Below, piece after piece: positions 26,693 through 39,620 of a stretch of DNA of 64,000 bases (positions within the stretch are counted from its first letter, which is position 1; each line of letters starts with the position of its first letter). The DNA is from Camelus dromedarius (taxonomy: Eukaryota). The notes below the pieces were generated by a model, which was not told where the DNA came from, searched no databases, and was given only the letters and a program-made list of their open reading frames with translations. The position numbers and the translations under genes were made by a program. The stretch is from the NCBI RefSeq assembly GCF_036321535.1, contig NC_087436.1, positions 83,888,001 through 83,952,000 on the forward strand. Direction: 5' to 3'.

Positions 26693-26900
26693 CTGCTGTT
26701 GCCCGGTTCTCCCCGGCGCGGCGCGGCCACTGCCTGCGCTGTGGCGGGGGCTTCCCGTCGCATATCCCGAGCAGCGGCTCTCGGCGCCACACCGATGGCT
26801 CAGGCGGGCTCGTAGCGGCGGTCCTTTTCAGACCTGTTCCGGGAGCGAGCCGGGTGCCAGCAGGAACTGAAATTACTATGCAAAGAGCAGAGGCGGCGCG
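26693..26900 (-). other. Candidate alternative first exon 1b (start unknown)
   Basis: Donor CAG|GTAGGC at 26693/26692 inside the CpG island. Confidence 0.4.
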
Positions 26901-27009
26901 CAGGAGCCGGGCGGAGACAGCGGGGGCCGCCCCCACCGCGGGGCTGCCGCCGCCGCCACCGGGCTCGGAGCCAAATTGGAGGTGGGAGTTCACGTGCCCG
27001 ACTGCTCAC

Positions 27010-27150
27010 TCGTCAGGCCGGGAATGCGCCCATCTGTCCTCGCGGGCAACGCTGCCCCGCCGGAGCATCCGAGGAAGGGGGCGGCAGAATCGCAGGCGGC
27101 GGCGGCGGCGGCGGCAGCAGCGGCAGCAGCAGAGGCGGCGGGACGCCGAG
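27010..27150 (-). other. Candidate first exon 1a (start approximate)
   Basis: Lies downstream of GC boxes on the minus strand, contains the GCC/GCT repeat, ends in donor CGA|GTGAGC. Confidence 0.6.
27095..27130. repeat. Interrupted trinucleotide repeat (GGC)7(AGC)2GGC(AGC)2
   Basis: Directly visible. Confidence 0.95.
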
Positions 27151-27654
27151 CTCCGCCCCCATCGCGCCCCCGCCCAGCCTCCGCGTCCCGCGGGAAGGGG
27201 TTGCTGCGCCGCTGCCGCGAGCCGGTGGGGCAGCTGGGCAGGGGCTGGCGGTTCGCGGTTCTGCAGCAAGGAGACCGGCCGCAGATGGAAAGTTAAGAAG
27301 GGTCTTAAGGTAGGGCTGGCACCGACAGCGACTCAGCAGGAATTCTGGCCTTTGCTCCCTCCCACAGGTCACCAGACTCCATGGCTGTGTCTAGACTTCA
27401 GCAGACGGTTTCTAATAAAGCCGCGTGCAGTCCAGATCTGAAAGCAAGGAGATCACCCCACGTTTCCTACATGTTGCAAAATGTACTGTACCTACGTATT
27501 TGGAGATGGCATTGCTGACAGTGTTCCTGCCCCCTCCCCTCCATGGGCGTGGATAGCTTTGGAAATCGTCCACGCAGAGCGGCTCCGGCAATACTGAATG
27601 GATGCGTAGTATGGTTAGCAGCTGTAGATGGTGCAAATGATACAATGAAAAGAA

Positions 27655-28005
27655 CTCTTAGTAACTGAGTATTTGTTAGCAAGCACTGTGCAAAATGCCT
27701 TATATGCAGCCTCTGTAATTCTCATAACAACCCAGTGAGGTGGGTATTATTCTCCACTTTATTGATTGAGAAAACTGAGACTTCGATGATTTAAACACTT
27801 TGCTTGAGTGCAGTAGTAACCTGCACAAGTAGGTTTCAAAATACTGCAGAATATATCCTCTCACCTAGCACACGGGACTCACCCAGGGATCTTGTTAAAA
27901 TGTAGATTCTGACCCAGTAGGCCTGGGGTGGGCCTGAGGATCTGCATTTCTAACAAGTTCCCAGGTGGTGCCCATGCTGCTGGTCAAAGTCGGGGACTTG
28001 AAGTA
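27655..28005. mobile_element. MIR (minus, ~27655-27825) and MER5A-like hAT element (~27830-28005)
   Basis: ctcataacaacccagtgaggtggg...aaactgag (MIR); ggggtgggcctgaggatctgcatttctaacaagttcccaggtg (MER5A). Confidence 0.85.
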
Positions 28006-28514
28006 AGTTTCTTCTTTCCTGCCAGCTCTAGGTGATAGACAGCAACTTCCTGAAGGCGAGTTAAGAAGGGTTCTAAGGCTGTCTTCGCTCCTGGGCAAAG
28101 AATGCTGCCATTCATCAGCCATATCAATCTGGTTGATGGAAGGAAGTTTGTAACAAGTGTGCCAGATGGCCATTCCCACAGGAGGCCATCTCTGAAATAA
28201 CATGTTTGCTACTGGGGTGGTTATGCTGTAATATTTAAGGATGGATATCCTCACTCCAGTCCTCATCCTTATTAAGAAAACCCTAAGTCAAAGTTTTACA
28301 CCTAACATTTGTATAACACAAAACAGTTTACAAAGCACTCACATGAGTAATTTTGTCTGCCTTCATAACAACACGGGAAGGCAAGTGTAATTTAACTTTA
28401 CAGGGAAAGAAACCAAGATAGAGTGATGTTCTTGAGATCACTCAGTCAATAAGCATGTAATAGGGGCTGAGTGTGTGTCAGATCTCTAGCTCAGGGCTGT
28501 TTTTATTAGACCAC

Positions 28515-28987
28515 TGTATTAGTTTCCTACTGCTGCTATAACAAATTACCATAAATTTAGTAGCCTAATACCACACAAATTTATTATTCTATAGTTTTCA
28601 AGGTCCAAAGTCTGAAAATACGCCTTATAGGGCTAAAATCAAAGGGTCATCAGGGCTATGCATTCCTTCTAGAGGCTCTGAGGGGAGAATCTCTTCCTTC
28701 CTTTTCTCTTCCAGCTCCTAGAGGCAGTCTGCATTTCTTAGCTTGTGACTACATCCCTCAGAACTCTATTTCTGTCCTCTGCTCTGACTCTGACCTCCTA
28801 CATCCCTCTTATAAAGACTCTTGTGATTACATTGGGTCAACCCAGATAATCCAGAACAATCTCCCCATCTCAAAATGCTTAGTTTGTTCACATCTGCAAA
28901 GACTCTTCTGCATTACAAGGTAAAATATTCCTAGGTCCCAGAGATTAGGATATAGATATTTCACGAGGGTCATTATGTCCACCAAAA
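28515..28987 (-). mobile_element. MaLR LTR (MLT1C/D-like)
   Basis: tgtattagtttcctactgctgctataacaaattacc...cacatctgcaaagac...gattagga. Confidence 0.9.
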
Positions 28988-30719
28988 CTTCACTTAGTAC
29001 TTATCCTATAGTTTCTGCTATGTTTGACTCATCCTACTCTTCTGCTTGACTTCTCACACTGCTGGGAAGTTCTTTCAATGGAAAAATTCACTTGAAAGTC
29101 ATTCAAGAGACAATATCAAGTAGGTATAGGCAAGAAATACCCCAAGGTCATGACAAAACCATGACAATGCCCAGTATTGTGGTCATGAAAAAGACATGTA
29201 GGATTAGGAGATGCTTATTGGTCTGAATGGCAGTGAGATAATCCTTAGGGGAAATCCTAACCACAGGTAAAGTCTCACTTTAGCAATAGAGAAATTTTTA
29301 AAGATTCTGCTTCTCAAAGGTACATGATTAATAAGGCAATTCAAAACTCGTACAAAAAACAGCAAATTCCAAAACTATCAGAGTGACGGTACGCATTAAA
29401 CTAGTACGTCAAGCAAAGCCAATATATATTATTGAACACCTCAAGGAACTTATAGAAAGACCCTGACATACACAAGTTTAACATTTCACTGGGGACACAG
29501 AATTTATGGGGAATGAAAATAAGAAAGGATTTCAGCAAAAGAAACAATAGGAGAAGCAACGTGAGATGGTACATGATTAATTGCCAAGTGAATTAGACAA
29601 AGTGAAAGTTTTATTTGGAAGTTAGGTTTATGCACAGAAGTGGAGATAAAACTGGAAATGTAGGTTGGAAGGTTGTGTTGTGAAGGATCTTAAATGTCAG
29701 GCTATGGGGATGATACTCAATCCGCAATAATAACAATGATAATAATAATGCCTTGTGTTCACATAGTGCCCAGTAATTTATCAAGGGCTTTTTCAGTCAT
29801 TTGACTTCTTCCCCTCTCCCCCAGAGAAGCCGGCCAATGTGCTCACAAACAAACACAGGCACACCTCACGCAGCATGGAGAAGGAAATGCCAGCTTCTTA
29901 CCAAAGAGGTGTTCTTAACCACTCTAGAGAGAATAGCAGCTCCGTCCCCTCTTACCTGCCATTTTTCTATCCTTCTTCCCCTGCTTTATGTTTTTCCATC
30001 AGACTTCCTACTGCATCCTGATAGAGTATATAGTGGTTTTCTGTCTACTGTCTATGAGGGCAAGGACTTTGTCTCTTGTTCGCTGTTGAATCCCTATCGT
30101 CTAAAATAGTGTGCACCATTTATGAAGGGCTCAGTAAGTTGAATGAATCATTATCCCCAATTTAGAAGTCAGGAATCAAAACCCCAGGTGTTTAAGTAAC
30201 ATTTGTGACGAATGAAGTAACATATAAGTGCCTCAAGACTGAAGTCTAGTGTCCAGCCTGATGCTTTTCTGGTAATCTGTTCTCTTCTGAGTGAAAGCTC
30301 TTCCTGGTGTTTAAACGGGGGCAGCACTGTATTTTAAAAATATAAGATTTTGACACTAGAATCTTCTTTAAATGTCAGATCTTTCCTATAAACGTCATCA
30401 GTTTAGCTGGATTGGCAAGAAGCATTGGTGGGATTGAGTCCCCAACAGGAGGTTCTGGAGGACTGCCACCAGTGCTGCACCAGTTGGCACTGAGTAATGC
30501 TGTAAGCTGTTTTGTAATTGTTCTCCAGTTAAGTCATGTGCCCATGTCTTGACACTTTGTATTACAGGCTTTTGGGCTCAGGGACTATAACTTCTACTTC
30601 TTGTATATCCACGCATTCTGCTCAGTGCTGGACTCTCAATAGATTTTATCACTGCATGGTTACAAGATGGCTTCCATTGCTTTAAAAATCATATCCTTAC
30701 AAAACCACATTTAAGACAG

Positions 30720-31282
30720 TGTAGGGGATCCAATTATGCCACCATAAAATACGCCACTTTGGCATAAGGATTATTTTGAACTGGAGGCAACTGAGAATCA
30801 CCAAATGCAAGAAGCAGCTTTCTTGGAGTTTCCCTTATCTGACTAAAAGCAGAAACTTCTGAGAAATGAGGATTACCCTAAATCCCCTCTCCTGGGGAAG
30901 TTTTGTGGTCATGAAGAAGACGGAAAGTCAGCACCAAGATAGGTCTGCAAACAAACCTTATTAAAATAATTCTTATCTTCCATTAGGTTTCCCCTATATA
31001 TTTGCCTTCCCACAGTTCGCTGCCCCTAAAAGCCTAAACTCCTTTTTCCTTTGTCTTATCATTTCTATACAAGTTTATTTTTCTTTGTGAAGATGCTGTG
31101 TAAGCTCAAGTTCTAACCGCCCCTTTGAGTTACTCATCACTGAGTTTCTTCGGCATCTATGCCTGCTGTACGTGTCAATAAACTTTCTTTTTCTCTTGTT
31201 AATCTGTATTTTGACTGTCAGCAGAGCCCCAGTTAGAGAACCTAGGAGGAGAGAGGAATGAGATTTTTTTCCCTCCTCTATA
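30720..31282 (+). mobile_element. ERV1-class solo LTR (MER34/MER39-like), nested in an older MLT1J-like LTR (~30655-30719 and ~31290-31563)
   Basis: tgtaggggat...gccactttggcataaggattattttgaactg; aataaa followed by ctcttgttaatctg; flanks acag/atag. Confidence 0.8.
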
Positions 31283-31664
31283 ATAGAAGAAAAGAATTCC
31301 AGTGGAAAAGGGAATCTCTTTTTTTTATGGAAGAAAAAAATATTTGCCAGAACCCACTCTCTTATTCCCAAGTCATTGGTCAGGATTCAGTCACCAAATC
31401 ACCCAAGGAGGCTGTGCAAGTGAGCGCCTGCCTAGCCTAGAGGAACAGGCTGGCTTCAGTTTTTCTAGGCTAAATGTCCTAGTGCCCCAATCAAAACTGA
31501 GGTTCTGTTAGTAAGAGAGAAGGAAGGTAGGCTGTAGGTTCATCCCTTAGCAGTGTCTTTCACAGAGAATCAGTGTAGAAACTCACATTTAGGTACATTT
31601 GATGTCACCTGACTGCCTTTGGATTTCCGGAAGACTGGGGCAACCACATGTCAGCGTCCTACAC

Positions 31665-31865
31665 ATTTTCTTCCCTCTCTCCCTCCCTTCTCTCCTTCTC
31701 TCTCTCAATCTCTCTCTTGCCTGCCCTTCCTCTTTCGTTCATTTTCTTCTTTTTCTTTTCTTTTCTCTTCTCTCCTCTTCTCTTTCTTTCTCTCTCTTTT
31801 TCTTTCTTCTCTTTCCTTCCTTCCATCCTGTCCTCTTTCCTTCTCCTTCCCTCTCCTCTCTTCTG
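31665..31865. repeat. CT-rich low-complexity polypyrimidine tract
   Basis: About 200 bp of almost only C/T. Confidence 0.95.
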
Positions 31866-31959
31866 ATACTAAACAGCCTTCTGCAGCATCATTTTTGGTC
31901 ACATTTAGTATTCTGCTGTTTATTTAATCAATATCCTATTGTCAAATGCTTAGATTATT

Positions 31960-32460
31960 TCCATTTGAAATATTCTTATGATAGACTTGTTTAAATTGAT
32001 AAAGAGACACTCAAATCACTGCCTGTTTTACCAGAGTCATCTCTTGCCGCTCCCTAAACTCATTTTCCCTTCCTGCAATAGTAGTTTGTAAAACACACTA
32101 GTACACTGTTCCACGACTTTTCTTTGATTTGTGTCCTCCCGTCACTCCCGAAATGCCCTTTCCTCATAGACACTTACCAAATTCCTAGTCATTTGTGACA
32201 AAATCTAGTTATCTCCTCCTCCAGGAACCCTTGCTCAAACCACCCATTCCCTTATTTAATTGCTTCTTCCTCTGTGATACATCTATACCTGGTGTCAATC
32301 TTTGTTGTAGTTAAAACACTGTACATAATTTGTGTTTGTATTTGTTTTTCTCCTTTAATAAACGCTGTGTTCCCTGAGGACCAAGTCTTCGTATTATATG
32401 ATTTTCTATTATCAGTCTTGGTACATTGCCCATTGATTGTTAATGTTTGTAGAATTTCAG
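31960..32460 (+). mobile_element. L2 fragment
   Basis: ctcctccaggaacccttg...ttccctgaggaccaag...taatgtttgtagaat. Confidence 0.55.
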
Positions 32461-32939
32461 GCCAATTTGAATTTTTAAAAGGGCTTATTCTGGTCTAATT
32501 GATGTGTTAGGCATTTTAAAATTCATTATTCAGTTTAATTAGAGTTAGAAAAGATGGAATGATCGTTTTATAACAAAAGATATCCAGGTAACTTTAAGAT
32601 GAGGGAGGAGTCCTAAATTACTTTGGGCTCTGAAAACTGGTTGTGTCTAAACTGTCTTCATGGGTATGCAGCATGGCAGTGTTTGGTCTTTACTCTTGGC
32701 CATTTTAGCCCAGTACTCTTATAGATAACATCACCTTCTATTTAAAATTGCATGCCATATGTGTGAAAATCTACTTCATATAAGACCAATTTTCAAATAC
32801 TTATTTTTTTCCAGGAAATGTTAGGCTATGAGGAGCAAAAAAAAAGAAAGAAAATAGAAAAAAAAAGTGCTGAGTTGTCATCAGCTACTGAGAATTTGTT
32901 TGAAAGACACAGGGAGGTAAGGACACACAGGGACCCATT

Positions 32940-33450
32940 TATGGAAGAGAGCTGCTGTTTCTGATTTCTAAGCTTCCATTTACCGCTTGCTGATGGTGAC
33001 TGCATCTCAGTTTTCCATTGAGGAACCACAGCTCAGTCTATGTGATTAGGTGGGGCTACCCTTAGTCCGCATGAACGGATGACCTAGGATAGAGCAATAG
33101 GAGAACCACTGTCCTTGGCCACAGTGATTGGTTCATGGATGGATTCAAGACTCAAAGTATTGCTGGAACTCTTGTTAAAAATGGAGTCTTCTGACTAGTA
33201 GAATGTAAAACTGGGGCAGCTAGTGGAGACCCCTTGGAAGAAGTCTACATGAGGGAGGCATGAAGACAAAGGAAAAGAAAGTAGGCCTGGAAAGAGTTAG
33301 AAAGAGAGAAGGAGATGGAGCTCTATTTCTGGTGATATTTAAACCACTACATTCAGCCATCCTTGAATTCATTTCAAATTCTGATAGAATTTTACATTGT
33401 TCAATCATTTTCAAGGTGGGTTCGTTTCTTGCAATGAAGAGTTCTTATAG
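32940..33450 (+). mobile_element. Old MaLR LTR (MLT1J/K-like)
   Basis: ggccacagtgattggttcatggatgg and terminal tttcttgcaatgaagagttc. Confidence 0.6.
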
Positions 33451-35429
33451 GTTCTTATAACAGCTGCACAGAAAGACTTCATATGTCACCCAGAATAGAG
33501 CAGCAGACCCAGTGATTGACAATGATGCTTCTGGTTCAACAAGAACCTCTCAGGTGAATTGGTCACCCTATTCCTTTAGAAGTAGCCATCTGCTATTGCT
33601 TCTTTTCCTGAAGCCTCCAAAGGACCTCGTAACTGTGTTTCTTTCTGCTTCTCTGCTGACACTCCTATTACTTGAACTCTTCTTTTTCTTTGCATGACTT
33701 GCATTCAAACTGCCCAGGAAAGAGAATCTGATTGACTGTTGGATACATTCCTTTAACTGTATGGAGTACTTTCTTGTAGGTTGTTCCTTCTGGCATGATT
33801 TCCTGCCCCATGTCTGTCCCCTCTTTTTGGCTAATGCCTGTGTATATCTGAAGTCTCAGGTAAAGCCTAAGACTATCTGCGACGCTGGGATTGGGGTCAG
33901 TCCTTCTCCTCTGTTTTCCTATAGCACTTGCCTGTTCATCATGTGGTGTTTCATTCCCTGTTTACCTGTCGGTCTCTTTACCACCACACCTAGACTGTAA
34001 TTTCTTTGAGGACAGGAGTTTTTTTTTTCTTGGTTTATGCGTCACACTTGGCACAGGACCTAACACATAGTAGATACAAAAAAATTAATGCAGGTTAACT
34101 ACTGAATAAAATCATTATTGATGAGATTATGGTTGTAGCCCTAGTGTCTATCAAAAATAACATTGATCAAAACAGCAAGGGGTCTCCAGAGTTAGTTCAC
34201 TCAGCGTGTTCAGGGTGTAACATCAGAGGAAAGGGGCTGGAATATAACTAATGTAAAGAAAACTGTGGAGTGTTGAAAATTCATATGCCCATTTAACTTA
34301 TGTAACTATAAATACATAGTATTGGAGAGGGGTGGGGGAGAGATAATAATTCATATGGTACAGGAATTTGGACATGACCTTCCACCATGTAGCATCTGAC
34401 CCGGGGTTAGCATGCAATAAGAACCAAAAACCTGCTGTTCCCTCTGTAGGGCTCTCATAGCAGGGTTCTCTGGACAGACTGGGGATGATTCTGGTGTTTA
34501 AAGATATTTTTTCCCCATAAAATGGAGCCCCTAAACGCAGTCAACCACCTCATTTGGTATTAGACCAAAGGTTCAGAAATCCGTTCCAAGCCCAGAAGAA
34601 AGGGTTCAAAAGAGGACTTAGTACTTTCTTCTAATGAGAAAAGTCGATAGATGATTGATAGACAGGTAGATAGATAAGCTAATGCTGAATACATCTTTTG
34701 ATTGGAGAGGTTTGGAAGTCCCTGCCTTTCTCTTGCTCCATGTTGCTACAGAACTCAGGTTTTTAACCACATATGCTCAAGACTTTCAGTCCAAAGCCAA
34801 TTCTGACCAAGACAAGCAGTAGATTAGCATCCTCCAGCTGGTGGAATATGGAAATAGTCTCACTGAATTTCCACATTTGAGTGTGGAATGACTGAGGTGG
34901 GCTCTCAGCCACTATGTCTGCAATGGTGATCAACCTTCATCTCTGTTCTCCACCATGTCTTCCTGGTTCATATGGTCCCAGGAATGCTTCATCTACTGGT
35001 ATTTCAGCCAGCCTGTTTAAGATCCTGACCCTTCTTATCCCTTGCCCATCTGTTTTTCTCCAAGGGCTAACGGTACCCAGGTGCAACTTTCTCCAGAGAC
35101 TGGGTAAAGTTCAGCTTTAAATTGGATGGACCTCCTGGAAAGAGAATGCAATTGGCACACGGCTTCAAGCATAACCACTATCTAGAGACTGGCTGCCTTG
35201 CCTAAAACTGCTCTACCTTCTGAGGGAAGCAGACTTTGAAGACTGCTCCACCTTTCCCCCACCTTAAAGATGTTAGCTGTATGTCATAACATTTGCTATG
35301 TTCTTTCAGACACTATTACTTTTTTTTCCTGTGTCATGTTCATAAACCAAATTAGTTTCCATAGTCCAAATTTCCCTGGTTCTCCATCCTGTTGAGATCA
35401 CCAGCATTTTCCATAAAAATATGAAAATT

Positions 35430-36365
35430 GTTCAACAATGTCCATCAACTGATAAATGGATACATAAAATGTGGTATATCCATACAATATTATTTGTCAA
35501 TGAAAAGGATGAAATATGTGCTCCAATTAAAAAGCGGGCAAGAGACCTTAATAGACATTTCTCCAAAGATATACAGTCCATAAGCACATGAAAAGATGTT
35601 CAGTATCCTTAGCCATTAGGGGAATGCAAATCAAAAGCACAATGAGATGCTACCTCACACCCATTAGGTTGTCTACTAACAAGCAACAGAAAATAACAAG
35701 TGCTGGTGAGGTTGTGGAGGAAATAGAATGCTCACAATTACTGATGGGAATTAAATACGGTGCAGCTCCTTTGGAAAAGAGCTCATCAGTTCGCCCAAAA
35801 GTAAAACACAGAGTTATCATATGACCCAGCAATCCCATCCTAAGTATATACCCAAGAGAAAATGAAACATATGTCCACACAAAAGCTTGTATGTGAATGT
35901 TCACAGCAGCATTATTCATGGCAGCCAAAAAACAGTAACAACCCAGATAGCTATCAACTGAGGAAAGAATAAATAAAATGTAATGTATCCATAAAATATA
36001 ATTTTATTCAGAAATAAAAAGTAACAAAGTATTGATACATCTTACAGCATGGATAAACCTAGAAAACATTATGCTAATTGAAAGAAACCAGCCACACAAG
36101 ACCACATATTGTTGTGCACTATTGATAATAAAATGTCCAGGAAATGCAAATCTATAGAGACAGAAAGTAGATTAGTTGTTACCGCAGGCCTAGGGCTGAG
36201 GGGAGGAGGGAGTGGGGAGTGACTGGTAATGGGTATGGGATTTCTTTTTGAGATAATGGAAATTTCTAAAATTAGGAGTGAATATACTAAAAAAAATTCA
36301 ATAGTACCCTTTAAAAGGGTGAATTGTATGGTATGTGAATGATATCTCAATAAAATTGTTTTAAA
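35430..36365 (+). mobile_element. L1MB-class 3' end (ORF2 C-terminus plus 3' UTR), preceded by a short second L1 fragment
   Basis: ORF fragment MKRCSVSLAIRGMQIKSTMR; ends tgaatgatatctcaataaaattgttttaaaa. Confidence 0.9.
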
Positions 36366-38904
36366 ATATTACTTTAACAACTAGTTTAACCCGATAGAAT
36401 ACATCTTGAGAATTCTTAACTCCCATTATTCTAAGGCTGAGCACACGAGCAACAGTTTCATCTCTAGTTCAGTTTCCTCAGTGCATTATCCTGATCCGTG
36501 TTACTTACCCTGCCAAGCTTGTTAACCTATGCAAATAAATTGATACTGTGGTTTGCATGCCTGTCTCTTGTGAGTTTTTCCAGTCCAAATAATCTCCCCA
36601 GAGTTTAATTCCACTTGGGATGAACTGATAGAATTGATTTTAGCAAACTGCGAAGCTAAACACCTGGCCTGTGTTAGCCTCACAAGTACTGAATCCCCAA
36701 GAGATCCTGCTTAAAATAGTTAGTCAACCAGCTGGCCTCTTGCTTTTTTCTTTTTGACAGGCTTAACCTACAATAAATTAGATGGAACATTGGTTTTCAA
36801 TGCAGAATATAAAAATTCTTCTTGGAAATGTGCAGTATCACATCACAAAAGAAAAATTAACCAGAAATAAATGAAAAACAAGATATAGTTCCTGATTTTG
36901 TTTTCTGTAATGGATGTGAAACCATAGCAAGGATAAACAGTGATGTAGCATTCAGCATCACCACATCAGTCATTAAGAAGAACTGAATTAATAAATGAAT
37001 AAACTCATGTCATAAGCAGGTTGTTTGCAGGTTGATGAATGTATTCCATTTGCTCCAGACTGGTTAAGTGTATCTAGTTATCATGAAATTGCATGACTCA
37101 AGGAGTTCAGCTTAACTTTGCTATATGTAAATGGTGTTTTCTGGATTTGCATAAAGTGGAAAATCTGATTTATTTCATAGAATGGTAGGGAAACCTGGAA
37201 CCTCAAAGAAAAAAAAAATAGACTCCTCATAGTCTACCTTTCTTCTCACTTCACCCAAGGGCAGAGCTGTACCCGCTATCTCACTTTACTTTCTGAAACC
37301 TGAAGTCACCACGGCTCTCATTATTGATGAGTCAGTGGGGTTGATGCCTACCTAGAGAAAATTAGGCTCTATTTTGTTTCTATGGTCTTACAGACTCACG
37401 TGCGTTCGTAACTATATTAATACTGTGGTACCCAGTTGGCTCCATTTTCTATGGCTGGTATTCACCATCATCATGGTAGCTGAGACATTACTGATGTTCA
37501 GGTGAGGATCCAAATAGAAATGGGACAAAGGCATTTTGTAAACACACATCCAGTTTGGCTGGCGTGTCTTAAGCCTGCTTTTTGGCATAGGTGAAGACAG
37601 AAGCCAACCTCTAATCAGTCCATGAAGTGCAAGTAACATAGTGGAACAGAAATTCTAAGACTTGATTCCCTACCCTGGAAGGCATTCATGCCAAATGTGA
37701 AGATCTATTTGTGTGTGTATCACAGAAAATATATACATGCACATAAAATACATGATACACAAAGTCTAGATACATAGATAATGTTTTTTTTTTTATAGAT
37801 TGAAGGTATCTCCGACAAGATTACATTTTTCTAAACATTACCAGATTTTCTGGAAGCTTTTTATAATATATGAAAAATGAATGCAAAAACAACTTCCTAA
37901 TTAAGAAAAGTACTTGATTTTCCTGATCACCTAATGGATTATTGTTTCTATTTATCATTTCGAGGATTAACTTGCTTCACTAATTATCCATGTACTATAC
38001 AGAGTCTCCACATTTCTCTATAAGACATTATATCATAAAGCACCTCAGTGTGAGGTGTATCTTTTTTTTTCCTGGAGAAACAATGTTACTATTAGGCCTG
38101 GCTTCTCTGATCATGAATTCAACAACAAAATGATTCAGAGTTAAAAACTAACAAATACTAAAATCTCTACAGTCATTTAAAATAACATTATGTTCTTAAT
38201 TCTGTAGAATGACATAAATAGAATGTGTATATCAATTATTCAAGGGATCTCAAGGTATTACAATGTTCATGTATAAGACAACTATTACAACTGTACTGTA
38301 TCGTAATGACCTATTTAAAACAAGTAATCCAGCTCTAATAATCATTGCATTAATTATATATGATTCAAGGAACAGTTTTGTTTGCATTCTTACAGTTCAG
38401 AAGAAGCTGGGAGGAATAATGTTTTGCCAAATTCTTATTAAAACTGCTTAAGGAAGTTTGAGTGGATGAAATTTTTTTCTATTGATAAGTTTTCCTGCAG
38501 CAAGAAGTCTTCAAAATTATTGAAGAGTTCTGACTAGTGGACATTTGTTAAGATTCTCCCAGATGCCAGATATTATAGTAAGCAACGAAGACACAGAGTT
38601 AAATAATACACAGCCCTGCCCGGGAGGAATTCATTGTTCTGCGGGGGAGACAGACATGTGATTAGTTGATTTGTGTACAGGCACAAGTTGTGCATGAGGC
38701 ACTTTGGAGCACAGCGTAGCTAGATTTTTGGGTAAAGAGAGGATCCTTGAAATGAGTTAAACTCAAGATGGATAGGAATTAGTGGGATGATAAAGTGGAA
38801 GGAACAGGAGATATTTGTGAGAGATGGTATCCTGGGTTGGGCTCAAAATGGGTCATTAGAAAAACCAAGCCATTGCAGTATTTATGTATTTGAAGTCTTT
38901 ATTA

Positions 38905-39410
38905 AGAAACATAGCTTGTTCAATAAAATGCTTACTGAGTTTTATCATACATTGGGCAATGTTCTAGGTGCTGCAAATACAGCAATTAACAAAACAGACA
39001 AAGGTCTCTAACTTTCAGGAGCTCACATTCTAATGAGAAAAACAGAAAAATGAAATGAACAAATAAATATATGTTATAATGTCAGATAGTGATGAATTAC
39101 ATAAAAAAAAAAGCAGGGTAAGGGACTAGGGAGTGACAGGGTGTTATTTTAGATGGGGGTAGGTATCAGGGAAATCCTCTCTGAAGAGGTGGTTGTGAGC
39201 AGAATGAAGTTAGAGGGAAAGCAGTGTGAATATCTAGTGGGAACAGCATTTCAGATACTAGGAACAGCCTGTACAAAGGTTCTGAGACAAGATCTTGACT
39301 TAGTGTATTTAAAGATTAATAAGGAGGCCAAAAAGGCTGGAGCACAGAAAATAAAGGGAAGGAAGCTAGGAAACGAGTTGGCAGAACTGGCCAGAGGCCA
39401 GCTTACATAG
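38905..39410 (-). mobile_element. L2 (L2a-like) 3' region
   Basis: ttactgagtttatc...gttctaggtgctgcaaatacagca...ggagctcacattcta. Confidence 0.8.
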
Positions 39411-39434
39411 AACACTTATTTTTATCAAAGTTGT

Positions 39435-39620
39435 TTTCTCTGTTTCCTACTTACAGAGCCACACTGAATTTCCCAGAATTCCTTGCCGTTGGGCACATGT
39501 AGCCATGTGAAAGAGTTCTGACTCCTGGGATGCGATAAAGATGCTGTATACCAGTTGCAGGCTTGCATAAACATTCTGCATGATTTTCTCTTCTCTCTGA
39601 TTTCTGGTCTCATGGAGGAC
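39435..39620 (+). mobile_element. ERVL LTR fragment (LTR16-like)
   Basis: atttcccagaattccttgc...gccatgtgaaagagttctg. Confidence 0.45.

Larger units (their letters stand above)
26560..27290 (-). promoter_or_regulatory. CpG island promoter of an unidentified gene, probably transcribed on the minus strand
   Basis: Very high GC and CpG density; GC boxes (ctccgccccc 27151-27160); minus-strand donors at 27010 and 26693; same orientation as the 17693-17576 exon. Confidence 0.9.

Noticed and set aside
17576..27290. Assigning a gene symbol to the minus-strand gene
   Set aside because: Only putative non-coding exons are present and I do not recognise them with confidence.
26454..27441. Long ORFs (179 aa, 269 aa, poly-Ala/Arg frames) over the CpG island
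   Set aside because: They overlap in several frames on both strands with low-complexity A/R/G/P composition, as expected from stop-poor GC-rich DNA; no recognisable domain.
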